Shown: positions 25,539-39,555 of the stretch, one piece after another | How the letters are laid out: every line of letters begins with the position of its first letter | How positions within the stretch are numbered: the stretch's first letter is position 1 | DNA from: Adineta vaga | Lineage: Eukaryota; Animalia; Rotifera | Assembly (NCBI GenBank): GCA_021613535.1 | Contig: CP075492.1 | Span: 15,810,001 to 15,874,000, forward strand | Reading direction: 5' to 3' | Length of the DNA: 64,000 nt | The notes under the pieces: generated by a model | The model's input: only the letters and a program-made list of their open reading frames with translations | What the model was told of the DNA's origin: nothing | Database searches by the model: none | Position numbers and translations under genes: made by a program

Positions 25539-26774
25539 TTATGACACTTCTTCAGTTTTTATTGTACCTTTAAACATAAACATTTTCAAGATGAGACAGA
25601 AAGGTTTTGACTGATTTTCATGAAGATTAAGTTTAGGTTCGTGTTGATCTGTATTCAAGGGTATCGCAACATTTTTGATGAATGCTATTTTTTGGTTCTT
25701 TTCATTATAAAAACCAACTCGATCTGATGTTTTGTCCATAAGAATCTTACGACATTGATCAAGTTCTTCGATAGATTTGCTTATCTGTTCAATAACTTGA
25801 TCTTTTGTAGGCCATGAATATTTACCGGAGCCGAGAGAAAGCAATTGTATATTAGCGCGCCACATTTTATGCATAGCAAATTCTAATGGAGCTGTTTTCT
25901 CATTACGAAATGTATCATAACGTGTTGTTTCAGTAACAAATGGATTAGCTGACATATACGAATTCACCATGATTATGCGAGGTTCTGTACAAGATTGAAT
26001 ACCTGTTACTCGATGAACAATACGACTACCTTAAACATAATTGATCTACTTTAGAACAAGAATCAAATCGATTCCCATTTACCTTGCATGAATACACATG
26101 AGTTCGAACCAAGATAATCAATTGTTCGAACAAATTCTGTTGGTACTTGACCTTTATATTGTTCAATGAGACGAAATGCTTCTTCCGGGTCACGTTCAAT
26201 CAGTTGTAATTCTCCACCTATTGTTTGACTCAAATCACATGCCATATAGGATAACAACATACGGGACACTATCACGATGATATGCATCGATTTGATCTCC
26301 ACCTGCATACCCTATATTAATCTGACTATAACTTGATTGAAGAGTTGTTGGTAAAAATTGTACATCACCAGCAATACATGATAAATGTTCTAAGACACGT
26401 GAACAGCGATTAAAATCTTGAATCCATTTACTACGATAACCACTATAACGAATTTTCGCTGGATGACGAGCATCTGATATTTGATGTACCATTTCTCGTT
26501 TAAGAATTTCACGAAATATGCGATATCCTGCGTCACTTAATAATCGAAAAGGTCCGCTATAAGCGATTTGACTTTCTCCATTAGCTGCGACGGATTTTGA
26601 TAATTGAGGAGCTTTTGGTACACGTTGAAAACCGTCAAGTAATACCGCAAAATCTGGTTCAGTTAACGATAAATAAATATCAGGATTATAAACAGGTTCA
26701 TCTACATATAATTCACATTCAGAATCGATTAGAAGTGGAGGCATTGAAACTGTTTCATTTTTTATGAAGCTCAT
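25539..26774 (-). pseudogene. 2OG-Fe(II) dioxygenase-like protein, microbial-type, with a 1-nt frameshift
   Basis: YHRDS (HxD), GGEL, MQG|SRIVHRVT (distal His) and PRIIMVNSY (Arg). Frame breaks at ~26245; intron ~26031-26082. Confidence 0.72.
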
Positions 26775-26956
26775 TTTACTTAATAAAACAATCACTATAA
26801 TATATATTTCTTTGCTCTATAGAAGACACACAAATGCAGGACTATTTTATATCAGTCTTATAAATGTGACTGACCGATGTTACCGCGGACGACACTTTCT
26901 TGCATCATACAATTTCACTGATTATTATCCGACGAATTGTTTTTTACACTCTCAAC

Positions 26957-27280
26957 TTAATTAGTTTTGCTATTAATTGAACGAATTATGGAATATTTCG
27001 ATTGAGTTTGAATAAGTAATTTTGGTAGAAATAATGAATGAATATAGTACGATATTTGTTCAATACATTCTTGATCATATAAACATTTCTCAACATATCC
27101 ATCAATATGTGAAAATCTTGTACTAGCGAAAGAGAGCACATATGGTGGTGTCAATGTTTGATTATTAGTCGCACTTTGTTGTTTCAACGGTGATTTGGTC
27201 AGTTCGATAAATTAATGAAGTATAAAGAATAAGAATAGAAATGGTAATGAAAAGTAGAATAAAATATAAACGTGTCCTCA
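26957..27280 (-). pseudogene. Remnant of the TM/Cys-rich module family
   Basis: Reads TRLYFILLFITISILILYTSL..TDQITVE, matching the module's first TM segment, then decays. Confidence 0.5.
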
Positions 27281-27449
27281 TATTTTGATTTCCATCTGTA
27301 CTTTCTTGTATTTCCAGTTCCATTCGCCGATGTCTGCTGAAAGAAATTTAAATACTGTTTACTAATCCTCAAATAAGATCAGTTATTGTTGTAAGGATTT
27401 CTGCCGAATTTTTCCGTTGAGTAATTGTATACATCATCAAATAACATCA

Positions 27450-27970
27450 ATTTTAATACAAGAAAGTTTGGCTTTTGATTCTTTCACAGATGCAAATAAT
27501 AACTCAGTGATCTATTCTTTATGATCCAATTTATCGACAACTAATCGATGATTTTGAAATGCAAAGAACATAGCGTTTAGTTAAAGTTACATCCAAATTG
27601 GAAATCTATAATAGATTTATCAATATTTTTTATTTTATTGTTCCTTTTTCACTAGATGTTACTTTAACGATTGATATTATTATTTTAAATGCAAAACAAT
27701 GTTCAACAACCAAAAGACAATTTTCTTGTCATAAACATCTGATTCTTAGTTCGATTTCGCTGGTTATTACCCTTTTATATAATTGTATGAAATCACCAAA
27801 AGAATATAAATTGTTCTTGATTAGTTACTTTGTTTTATATATTCCATCTGTACTTCTTCTTTTTTTTTCTTTTCTGTAATGATTCGACAAAAACTGGAAA
27901 GCATTTCGATGTCGCATCGTTTGATCTTCTATCACATAAACGGTATATCAACGAACAAATCTGTTCGTTA
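27450..27970 (+). pseudogene. Decayed C-terminal 7TM part of an LDLa/EGF-GPCR-like gene
   Basis: DPIYRQLIDD...FYFIVPFSL...LFLISYFVLYIPSVL with stops; 3' end homologous to 34455-34520. Confidence 0.55.
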
Positions 27971-30103
27971 CATTTCTCGCTTCTGAATGTTGCGATTTTG
28001 TGGATGAATAGTGTGTGGACAAAAGAAACATTTCTTAAGGTAAATTTTATTTTGCTTAAAAACGGTAGCAAATATTTTTATCTATTCATTTATGAAAACT
28101 ATGAAAACGTCTCGCGTCATTTATTAGATGAAAAAAACTTTGTGTAAAATGATATGAAGTGTAGTATGCTATTTATTTGGATAAAAAATTTTATGTTTTT
28201 GTTTCCTTTATAAAAATATCAGAACTCTACTGGCAGTGATGGATGTTAAACAAAAGAGTAGAATTTCAAAAACTATGAATCTTTTGTCGACTATTCTCAA
28301 AAGAGAACATCGAATGTGTTTTATATATTGATTTATTTTAAATGTTCTATCTATTTCATATCAATAACTACCCAAGGTTCTTTTTTCATTGGATTAAGGG
28401 TGGACGTTATTAGTGTGTTGCTCTGTCTCGAAGGTACTGCTAGTGGAAAATTAGTTGAATTCAACTTTCAAGCTTAACACTACTGGTTTCACAGAGCTTT
28501 AGTGATGATAGTTCAGGTGTGAAATGCTCTCCGAGAGACTGTTCAAGTCCCGCAGTGTGTCCTACGTCACACGGCAGTAAAAGTAATTACTAAGACAGTT
28601 ATTCAGAAAAATTTGAGAAAAACTGGCGTACGACATCCTCTTTGTTCTTATACAATCCGTTCATGATTCACATAACATGATATATGAATGAAATTCCTGT
28701 TAGTAAGCGGATTACCACGGTTTAAAAGTAGTTTTCAGTGGAAAATCACCGATCTGATAGAAACCACACGTATAACGATGTGCAACGCGCATTTGAGGAG
28801 CACAGTGCAAAATAAACATGTGGCCTAGAAGAACTTCAGATCGCTTTTAAATCAAACCGTGATGGATATCATAATACCCTAACGTTGAGTATCCGTATTT
28901 TCAACCAGTTATTCTATGGACACTCAGTTTTAGGCTACTCTGCACCGAAAACATTTTCTATCATTTAAACTTATTTACGACTTAAATAGCTATTTATCTT
29001 AGAAATTAAGGAATATGAGTTGGTTTGGAATATTACCCTTAGGGTAATCACATTTATTCTAAGAGTAGACCCTCACTTTGGGTATGCCCTCTGATTCGGT
29101 ATTCATATAATTGATGAGAACACATAGTTCAGTTCTGGCGCAAAGAAGTCATTGTTACTGTGTCAGATATATGGATTGAGGGTGAAACGACTTTTGTTGA
29201 TCACCCCAATAGGTATCACGACATTTAGCTTTCGATCGACGTAATACGATATCTCATGAATACTTCGTGAATATAACAGAGTGCTAAAACTCTGTGATAT
29301 ACAGCGGTACTCGTATCAGCAATTTTCAAAAAAAAGTAAAGGTTTTGATCATGCACAACAATATGATGAGTTTTTTTCAATTAGAATTTTGATACATGTC
29401 ATTGAACGAACTATATTCAATTATAAAATACCCTACCATTTCTCTAAAACATCACAAGATAAGATTCAAATGGAAAATTCTCGATTAGTTCATACGGACC
29501 ATCAACAAAATAAACTGAATTCCATTCTGATTTCATCGTTCTACGATTCATGACAATGGACAAATTCTTTTATTCGACCCTACTTATTTGTTCTTTGCTT
29601 TGTTTCACTTAAAAACATTTCGTCTCAGACAATCATGACATATTTATTCTCTTAACAGAATAGACTATGAAGAGAGTAAAGAAAAAAAATCTCGGAATTT
29701 AGTTTCTTCAGTATGCAATTAACCTCCTATGTACCGACAAAATTTTTTCGTTCTGATTGATATAAATAAACCAGATTGCGAACCGCTCTCACTAATGTAT
29801 TTCTCTGGTGAACGATGTAGCAAAGCTCAAGAAAATTCAGTCGGAGCACAGCGGCACTCAAGTGATTGAATAAGCTCACAAAGATGCAAATACTGTCTCG
29901 TAGTTAAAAAAAACACTATACAAGTAAGAGGTGTCGACAGCAAAAAACGAAAATGAATAACGATAGTAAAAAAATCACCTTTTAAAGATGATTGACTGAA
30001 TTGCTTGGATTACAGAAAGTAAAAATACCTTTTATTTTGTTTTGCAGACGTATTCAAACAAAATTACAACTGGGTACATTTCATTTTCAATCAACTCAGA
30101 GGA

Positions 30104-32875
30104 ATGCGCGGCTCGAAACAAAGGAAAGTTGTTACCCCTATCAAAGATAAGGTTTGTCAATGCATCTCTTTTTTGAACATGAAATTCTCATATTATTTTT
30201 GTTCGTTTATCATCCATAGAATCCAAATACAGTCATCCAAGAACATGTAATCAAAAATACTGACGCAGCAAATGTCTTGGTTGCTGAATATGATGTTATT
30301 CATAATGAAAGACCGATATCATGTTGGAAACGTGATCTAATTATACCACGATGGCTTTTATTAACATTAGTGTTATTGGCAATTATTGTTATGGCAGTAT
30401 TTTTAATTTTTGCAACAATTGTAACATTGAGGAAAGAATCCAATGGTGGTCCGTGTATGAAAAACAGTGATTGTCGACAAGATTTAGGTATGATATGTAA
30501 TAATTATCGTTGTGGATGTGCTTATTCACATTTTTGGAGTGAAACATATAAAACTTGTGAACGACGACGACTGATCAATCGAACATGTGTCAATGATTCG
30601 GAATATGATATTTTGGCAAATCTACAGTGTTTTAATGTAACACTTACGTAAGTAAAAGACAATCATCAGCTTCTCTTTTTGATAAATAAAATCTGCTTTT
30701 TCTTTTTCTATTAATTTTTAGTAGTGGAGATATTCAACTTCAACGTCAGTGCAAAGCGTCATTAAGTTGGAATGGTGCTGCGGTAAGTTGTTATAAACTG
30801 AATATAGACTTTTCAATTTGTTATAACTTGATTCTAGTGCGATTTTCAAGGATTATACAATGCATCCTGTATCAATGATGCTAATTGTGATACGTCACGA
30901 TATTTATATTGTGATACTGTAACAGGAACGAGATGTAATTGCAATTCATCGATGTTTTGGAATGGAAATTTAGTTTCGGGTACATGCGAATATAAACGAA
31001 CAGTTAATCAATATTGCTATCCATACGATGATAATTGGTGTGATGATACGGGTCCAATGGGTCAAGGTCTTACATGTGCTCGATATTCGAATCCATATGG
31101 AAGTGAATATGGTAAATGGAGTGGTGAAGTTTTGTAAATATAACGGTTATCTTTCCTTCTATTTTTAGGTGTTTGTCAATGTGGTTCACTTGAATTTTAC
31201 AATGGCACGGCTTCATTAGGTAATGGCTATTGTGAACCACTTCGTGATTATAGCAAGATATGTGCAGCATCATCAAATTGCGATTATCGAAAGGATTTAG
31301 TGTGCACAAGTAATATTTGTACATGTCCATCAGGTACCAATTATGATTCAACAATTGTTGTCAGTGCTAGTGTTACGGGATATTGCACACCAGCCGCAAC
31401 TTATTATGACGATTGCACATCAGTTATCAAATGTAGTACATCACAAAATCTCTATTGTGATTATGCTACATTTGGGTTGCCTACAGTAGGTCGATGTTTA
31501 TGTAATACAAGCTGGTCATTTTGGGATGGTGTTACATGTGCAAATAAATTATCAATTGGTGGTGTATGTAAAACAACTACAGAATGTAATGCTGCGGATG
31601 GTTTATTTTGTAGTAATTATACTCAATCAGTTGGCACTTGTGATTGTGATAAAAATCATTTTTGGAATTATACTTGTATAATAAAACAATTATTTAATAC
31701 ACGTTGTACTTCATCATACGTTTGTGATGATAATCGTGGATTATTTTGTCAAGGTACAGGTGGTGCTCTTTTTCAAAAATGTGACTGTTTTAACATAAGT
31801 TTTATTTGGGATTCTTTATATGTTACAAATCGTTCTAAAACCTGTGTAAAGAAAATGTCCTATGGTCAATCGACATGTTTTGGTGATCTTGAATGTCAAG
31901 ACTATAATTATCTCCATTGCTATAATGGTACATGTAAATGCAGTTATACGAATTATTGGGATGGCAGTGTATGTCAAGCGAAGCATAATTATTCAGTTTC
32001 ATGTCTGAATACAACATATTGTCGAGATTTTTCATCGGTAAATTTGGTATGTGAATTTACTACTCTATCAAGTCCGCCGTCATATTTATGTATCTGTAAT
32101 TCCACTGCATATTGGGAAGTATGTACACAAACATGTCTTACTGCGAAACAAGTATGAAATCAACATGAATTTATCTGATAATTTGATTTCATTTATATAT
32201 TGTTTCTGATTAACGTCATCAAGAGTGCACACTAGTATCAAATTGTACAACGAATGAATGTGATAGAAATGCGAATCTGCAATGTATCAATGATACAGTT
32301 TCAAACCAAACAGTATCTGGTTGGTGGTATGTACCAAAGATTTGTTTGATGAAAGAAATTATTATGAAAATATCTATTTTTTTCTTAGTAACTGTACTAG
32401 TATTCAATGGTGGAATGGAACATATTGTCGTGATAAAGGTATACCACCATGGGGTGTTAATGCAAGTGCTGCATGTAATGCAACATATCAATGTGCTGAT
32501 TACAATTTAGTCTCATGTCCATTCGGTTCAAGTTCTGTAACATCAGTTGCTACATGTGAATGTGCTACAACAAAATATTGGGTATGTCAATCAATTATAT
32601 GATGAAATTCAAATGATTTTCTTTTTTTTTTGAATATTTTCTAGAATGGCATTACTTGCATAGATCGAGTACTACTTGGCGAGCCTTGTATAGATTGGGA
32701 GATTAATCCTGTGAATACGTCGACATGTCTATCTGCGGCCGTAGCAGGGTTGCTATGTAGTCATGCGGTTAATTATACGAATGGGACGTACTCTGGGACG
32801 TGCTATTGTCCGGGTAATACGAACTGGAATGCAACATTTTCTATATGTGCCGCTCCACCTGTTACACCAGGCTAA
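30104..32875 (+). CDS. Type II membrane protein with many Cys-rich EB-module-like repeats
   Basis: Short N-terminus, TM (WLLLTLVLLAIIVMAVFLIFATIV), repeated C-x5-C...L-x-C...C-x-C-x4-[FY]W-x4-C units over ~9 exons; stop TAA 32873-32875; start inferred. Confidence 0.82.
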
Positions 32876-33659
32876 CAAAAATGTAAAAAAAGTTTTCGTA
32901 ATTATTTTCGCGTTTTTTATTCAAATGAACTTAATGAAACTTTACATGAATATATGCGCTTTTAAATATGATATGCGTGTGATATTTTTCTAATTGAAAG
33001 TTTTTTTTCTATTGGATTGAAGAATCTAATAGACTTTTTCAAATAAAATCTCGTATACAATGTTCTTAAATTCCTTGAATATATTATTATTCGCTTGGAA
33101 AACACAAAAGAATCAACTATTGTTTTTTATTAAAAAAACTACAAATTGCTGTTATTAACTGTTATGTAAAAAACGCGTTCATTGGAAACTTTAATGATTT
33201 GAGTAACAGACAGACATACGCTTTACTTTATAAACTTAAATTGGTATCTAGCGTTGCAAAGTCGTTCTTAGCAGGTTGCGTGAAGTTAAAATATGTTTAA
33301 TGGTAATCTTTTACCGTATGTTAATAATTTTCTGGTAAAAAACGCCGTTTTCTGTTTCGCTTTTTCTCTCTCTATTGAACATTGATATAATACGATACTC
33401 AGTTGTTGAACTCATATCTCGCACGGAAAACAAACTGAAATACATGACTAACTCTATCGTCAACAACTCTAAACTGTGAAAACTATATCATAAAATAAAA
33501 ATGTGCTTTTTTGACTGAAAAAAAAAGAAAAATCTAATGATAGATGTTACATTACATATAGTTTTCTCTTTCATAATATGTTATCATTGTAGTAGAAGCA
33601 TAAGTCAACCGTGTTTTAACTTACCTGCAGAATAACTTTCAGGTAAAGATCTCTTCTTT

Positions 33660-34520
33660 TGTTAACTAATTTTGTCTTCAGATGTACTGTTATATATTTT
33701 CTGAGATCTGAAGTTGTTTCCTCTCATATTAACATTTTCTACAAAGATTACGAGCTTTTGAACCAATGTTTCAGATTTATTGCGTTCATGATGAATATTA
33801 TATTCGGCCAACTGAGAAAAAGCAATTTCATCGAAATTAACCTTTGACAATTGAAAAAGAGAAATGTAGCCTCTTCAAATTTCATGGAATGGTCGGGTCC
33901 TACTGATGTTGCTGAACGTTATGATGAATTTTTGCGAATGAATAAATCTCCACCAACTGATGTATTTTACCATTGCGTACTTTGCCATAGTTTGGACCGT
34001 TTTGCTGATATAGGTTCTTTTTAAATCAATCATTGTCATATTTTACACAATTGAAAAAAAGTACGATAGTATAACATGTTATATGCATATGCAATGTCAT
34101 GTTGATCCATATCTGATCTGTGTTGATTGTCTTAATAGTGGTGAAGATGAACAATGCTGTATGTAATTTAAAATGAATACCAATGTCGAAATTGCATGTG
34201 CATTGATGAAACATTTCTTTTAACTGAATGACACTTGGCATTTCAATAATCCGGATTGCTTGGGCGGACCAGATGAAATGACACATAGATCATTCACTAT
34301 TTGTGCAAGAGATTCAATTTTTATGTGTGAAGAAACTCTATATTCACGTGATACTATCTTTCATTGTGGAGATGGAACCTGTCTTCATTTTTTTCCTTTT
34401 GTATTAACATCGGAAACATACACGAAAGAATTAAATACCATGATTCGACAAAAAAGGAAAATATTTCAATGTCTCATCGTTTGATCTGCTATTACATATA
34501 AACGGTATCAACGAAAAAAT
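33660..34520 (+). pseudogene. Collapsed LDLa/EGF-7TM family pseudogene
   Basis: Fragments EWSGPTDVAERY, CTLP*FGPFC, TCYMHMQC, DCLGGPDE and FHCGDG run directly into the family's C-terminal tail. Confidence 0.55.
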
Positions 34521-34672
34521 TATATTTGTTATATTTCATCTATCTTCGAACTTTTTGAAATAATTCGAAGTAACTTATTTTGATTGATTATATAAAAGAA
34601 AAATGATGAATTTGTCACATTCAGATCTAGATTCAATATTATAAATTTCCTTTTCTTTATTTCAATGAAGAG

Positions 34673-35223
34673 TTAAAAGAAAATTTTCTTTATAAAATTG
34701 ACTGATAGAAATGATAAAAATAAAATAAAAATATTTAATTTTGATGTTGCAAGAGCTGAATTGCATAGATTTCCATGACAACAACAAACATATTTGTTGA
34801 CTCCGCTGACTATTCTCCATGAACATCCTCGTGATGAACAAATACTTGTGCCAACTCCACGACTCGCTCTGGAATCAAGACTCGTTGTATCACTTATTTT
34901 CACACACCATCCACTATATGAAACATCACGAGAAACATAAAGACTACTGGATCGAAATGGAAGTGGACACAATCCATATTGACATGAATAACAGTATGAA
35001 TAGCTTGGAGCAGCTGATGTTCGTGGGGTTGTTCGTTGAGTTGTTTGTCCGCTTGTTCGTGGTGGTGTGTTTCTTGTTGTCATTTTACCCGTTGTACTTG
35101 CACAATTTAATGTACCTTGTAAATAAATAATATTACTAATTTATATTTTTACTATATCTAATTTAACTTACCAATTAAACCAACGGTAATACAGAAAATA
35201 TAAATAAAACCTTCGATTTTCAT
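34673..35223 (-). CDS. Ly6/three-finger (quiver/sleepless-like) GPI-anchored protein with Thr-rich N-terminal linker
   Basis: Signal-peptide exon 35172-35223, CYSC...CCCHGNLCN LU-domain signature and hydrophobic tail. Confidence 0.82.
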
Positions 35224-36171
35224 TTCTTAACTTTCGTTAAAACAGTTTGTATATTTTTGTCCTTTGTGTTTATTAATTTATATATGTATACGTCCAGAAA
35301 GTTTGACGCATTTAATGTGATAAGAACAATTATCTATATTTTTTGTTCTTTACTTACATGATGCTTTACTATAATCAACAAACATATTTCAAGGTAAGTT
35401 TTATTTGATCTACAATCGATATCAAACATTTTCATCTACGATATTCATGTAAATGATGAATAATATGCTCACGTCATTTATTTGATGATAACAAGAAAAC
35501 AGTGTATATTACTTGTGTTGATGAAATATCTTTTGCTAAAGACATGAAAAGATGATTTGTTTTATTCTTTAAGAACAGTTTTTTAAATCATTTATCCTTT
35601 TCTTATAGTAAATCATCTGTATTATTAAAGTGTCTTTCTTTTAAATTCGACAGATATCTAGATCGTATCATTTCTGGACTTTCAAATCTCATAAAATCCT
35701 TGTAATCAATTGTATTTTTTCTGGAAAATCTTTTTGATTTGAAAACTTACAATATTTTTAATTGAATAAGTTTAACTTAAAACCGAACTGTGTCCATTCC
35801 TGATAGTAAATATTGAAAGTAATTGAATTTTGCGTTCTTCTTTTCTCCTTCTCGATCCAACTGACTACGCAGTGAATGCATCTTTCTTTTCTTTCCTCTT
35901 TGTCGACGATAGAAAATTTAAAGCAGATACTCTTTTTTGCGTTCTTCAGTTTCTTCCGCCATACAAAATATGGAACGATTACTCTCTCTTGATGTTCTTC
36001 CCTCTTTCTCGACAACACACCACGATATAAGATGACTGAACAGTATTAACATATCTACTTGGGTAAAACAAGGATGTGAATGTGTAAAAAATACTATTGT
36101 ATCCAAATCGTTTACTAACACTCTGAAGAAATTACTAATGAATCAACCAATTACTTTTGCCAGATCATTGC

Positions 36172-36295
36172 TAGAGCCATGCATAATCAAACTCCGAAAT
36201 CCGGCTCCAACGTAGTCAAAATCAGAGTGCAGACAAATTCCTTTTGGAAAAAAATTTGGATTTTGGAATCCTAAATTCAACTCCGCTGGGCTCTA
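36172..36295. mobile_element. Possible short MITE relic
   Basis: Termini tagagcc / ggctcta; internal ctccgaaatcc vs ggattttgga inversion; GC-richer than flanks. Confidence 0.35.
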
Positions 36296-36364
36296 TTTAC
36301 AAGTGATAAAGGATAAACAAAGTTATATACAAAAAATTAATCAAATCAAATATATAACAATTTA

Positions 36365-36430
36365 TTGAGGGTGTGAGTGAGGGTATGGATTCAATTGAGA
36401 ACATATATCCACACCCACACCCACCCTCAA
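36365..36430. repeat. Telomere-like palindromic hairpin element (best-preserved copy)
   Basis: ttgagggtgtgagtgagggtatggat - 16 nt - atatccacacccacacccaccctcaa; immediately past minus-strand AATAAA (36433-36438) of vWA copy A. Confidence 0.85.
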
Positions 36431-36526
36431 GATTTATTAAAAATTGCGAAAATTTCAATTAAGTCAATGTACAAATGTGTATCTTTTTTTCAGTCTTCTA
36501 TCTCTATTCTGTGAAGATGATTGTGT

Positions 36527-37828
36527 TTATTTGCGTTGCAGACCAGGACGAACGAATACTGGTCCAGTCCGGTGAATATCAGCAGCTGACACTCTCGTTC
36601 GATCTAGATCATCAAACCAACTGTCGACACCACCCATTAGAATTTTCACAATATACTTCAAATAAAGAATAGATATGCGATTAGCTAAAGATTGATCTTT
36701 TTGACTTACATCACCAAAACTGAAAGGAAAACCTTTGCCTTGACAAGCTAATATTTGCTTTTTCTCTCTCCGGTAATCTTGAACAACGTCGAGATTAGGA
36801 ATGATCTTATCCCAATCATTCAAGTAGTCCATACAGTATTTATCGTCTAAACAAAAAAATGAATGGTCGTCTAATTTATGTCAAATCTGAGAATGAGTAT
36901 AGGTGATGAATAAAAAGACATCAACACCCACATGACCTTCAAGAAAACATATGTTTCACCTGTACATGCGATAATAGTCACAGGAACTCGATCAACAGGT
37001 ATTCGTTCCCTCGTCAGAACCTGTTTCAATGTATTGATATCTGGACGTTCATGATTATCAGTTGGAACGCCATCTGTAGCTAGAAGAATGAGTAATTTGC
37101 GTTCGTTAATTTGTTGATGTTTATCTCGTAGAACTCGACGAAGAACAGGTACGATTGGTGTAGACCCTAGAAACAAACATAAATCTACAATCATTCACAA
37201 CGAGAACCATTTTTCAAATACCACTTGGGTGTACCATGAAGATATTGGCTAGTTCAGTTGAACTGCGTACATGAAAAATCGGGTCTCGATTGAGAAAATA
37301 AATATCTACACCATCGGGATCAAGTGGACTAGCAAGATCAACAACAATCGATACTATTTTCTTCAATTCATCCCCTGAAATCAAAACAAGACTTCGTTTT
37401 ATAGATTAAGCACAATGAACTATGACGATTTTTCTTACAACGTGTCGGTAGACTCGCAAAAGGATCTGTGATTTCACCTGAAGCATTCACAAATAAAGTC
37501 AATAGATCAATAAAAGAATTAAAATGCAACTAACCTATCGGATTGATCATCGAACTGGAATCATCACATATGAACACGATTTCATATCCTTCTAAGCTAC
37601 GTAATTTTGTAGCAAAGTCCTTATTGACTAAAAAATTTCGAAAATGTTTTAAATAATTGTGTAAGATAAAACATACTAACTTTCATGTCGTCGAATCATC
37701 TTTTGGAAATCAAGCATGCGCTCCTCGCTTGCTCTATAATAGTTTCGACTAGATTCTTGTCTGTTTAAATCATTTATTTGATGTTGATGACCGCAAATGG
37801 ATTCGTATGGTGGTGGATCCGAGGACAT
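36527..37828 (-). CDS. von Willebrand factor A (vWA) domain protein, copy A
   Basis: IVFICDDSSSM (MIDAS DxSxS), LDPDGVDIYFLNR, TPI and LATDGVP; ~8 exons. Confidence 0.85.
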
Positions 37829-38347
37829 TTTGTATCTCCTAGAATACATGCGTAATAGTCGTCTTTTGTTCTCTACTCTGTGTAAAAGATTTTATTGATT
37901 TATAAGTAGAAAAAAAAAATTTCAAACAATGACTATTTATAGAGGAGAAAGAACGAAAAATTTCGGTAGTAGTAGAAAAATTTATTATGACAACAATCTT
38001 CCAACATAGTATGGCGCATTACTCATTCAAAGAAAAAAACGACGTACTCGCAACGATGCTAAAGGCTTCACATGATTTCCTTTTGTTTAAATTCGTGATT
38101 TTAATGGATTCATAAATTCTAGTGATATTTCACTTGCTAATCAACATGAGTAAAACTTAGGCTTTAGAAACATTCTGATTATCTTTAGTTGACAAAACTA
38201 ATATTTTAATCATGATGCCAATAGCATCATCATGTTTAGTTTTTTTTTGTTAGACATTGTCAAAAGAAAATAACTGAGAAAAGTTTAAAATAATTATAAC
38301 AAAGTATCACTGCTTCCAAACTAGTTTGATGAATGCTTGTATCAAGA

Positions 38348-39555
38348 TTATCGATCAATTAAATATTCTACTGGAGTTGTATTGGATCGTTCAGTTTTCT
38401 GTAATTCGACCTTCTTTTCATCGAGCTTATCAAACCAACTGTCGACACCACCCATTAGAATTTTCACAATATACTTCAAATAAAGAATAGATATGCGATT
38501 AGCTAAAGATTGATCTTTTTGACTTACATCACCAAAACTGAAAGGAAAACCTTTGCCTTGACAAGCTAATATTTGCTTTTTCTCTCTCTGGTAATCTTGA
38601 ACAACGTCGAGATTAGGAATGGTCTTATCCCAATCATTCAAGTATTCCATATTATCATCATCGTCTACAAATGAAAAGATAAATACATTTTTGTTGGCCT
38701 CAGAATCATCGAGTGAATTGAAATTTTTCATTGATTGTCTTGTTTTCAAATTTACCTGTGCAGGCAATGATAGTAACTGGAACTCTGTCTGTAGGAATTC
38801 GTTCATGCGTAAGAACAGCTTTCAACGTATCAGCATCCGGACGTTCATGTTCGTCAGTAGGAACACCATCCGTTGCTAGAAGAATCAATAGTTTTCGTTC
38901 ATGAATTTGATGATGTTTTTCACGAAGGACGTCTCGTAGGACAGGTACAATCGGCGTAGAGCCTATATTAAGAAATAAGTATAAGTCTAAAACCACTGTT
39001 ATCAAAATGAATTCTCGTATACCTTCGGGAAGCACAGCAAAGATATTGACTAGTTCTTCTGAACTGCGTACATGAAAAAGAGGTTCTCGATTGAGAAAAT
39101 AGATATCCACACCATCGGGATCAAGTGCACTAGCAAGATCAACAACAATCGATACTATTTGTTTCATTCCATCCCCTGAAAACAAGATAAGAGTTAGAAT
39201 TGGTGGATTAATTCGTAAAAAATCGAATGATGTTTTCTTACAGCGTGTCAGTTGATTTTTATGTGGATGCATAGTATCGCCTATAATTGCAAACAGAACT
39301 ATGAAGATAAAGAAAAGAACTGCAATCTTTACCGAGTGGAGTATTCATCGAACCCGAATCATCACAGATAAATACAAACTCGTAACCTTCTAAACCACGG
39401 AGTTTCATAGCAAATTCATTATTTACTAGAATCAATGTTTTCTGTATATATATTTATGTCATGAAAAGAAACGAACTTTCATATCGTCTTGCAAATCGTT
39501 GAAAATCGATCATACGGTCTGCACTGGCCTTGTGATAGTCTCGATCATTGGCCAT
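38348..39555 (-). CDS. vWA domain protein, copy B (tandem paralog)
   Basis: FVFICDDSGSM and the same motifs and intron positions as copy A. Confidence 0.85.
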
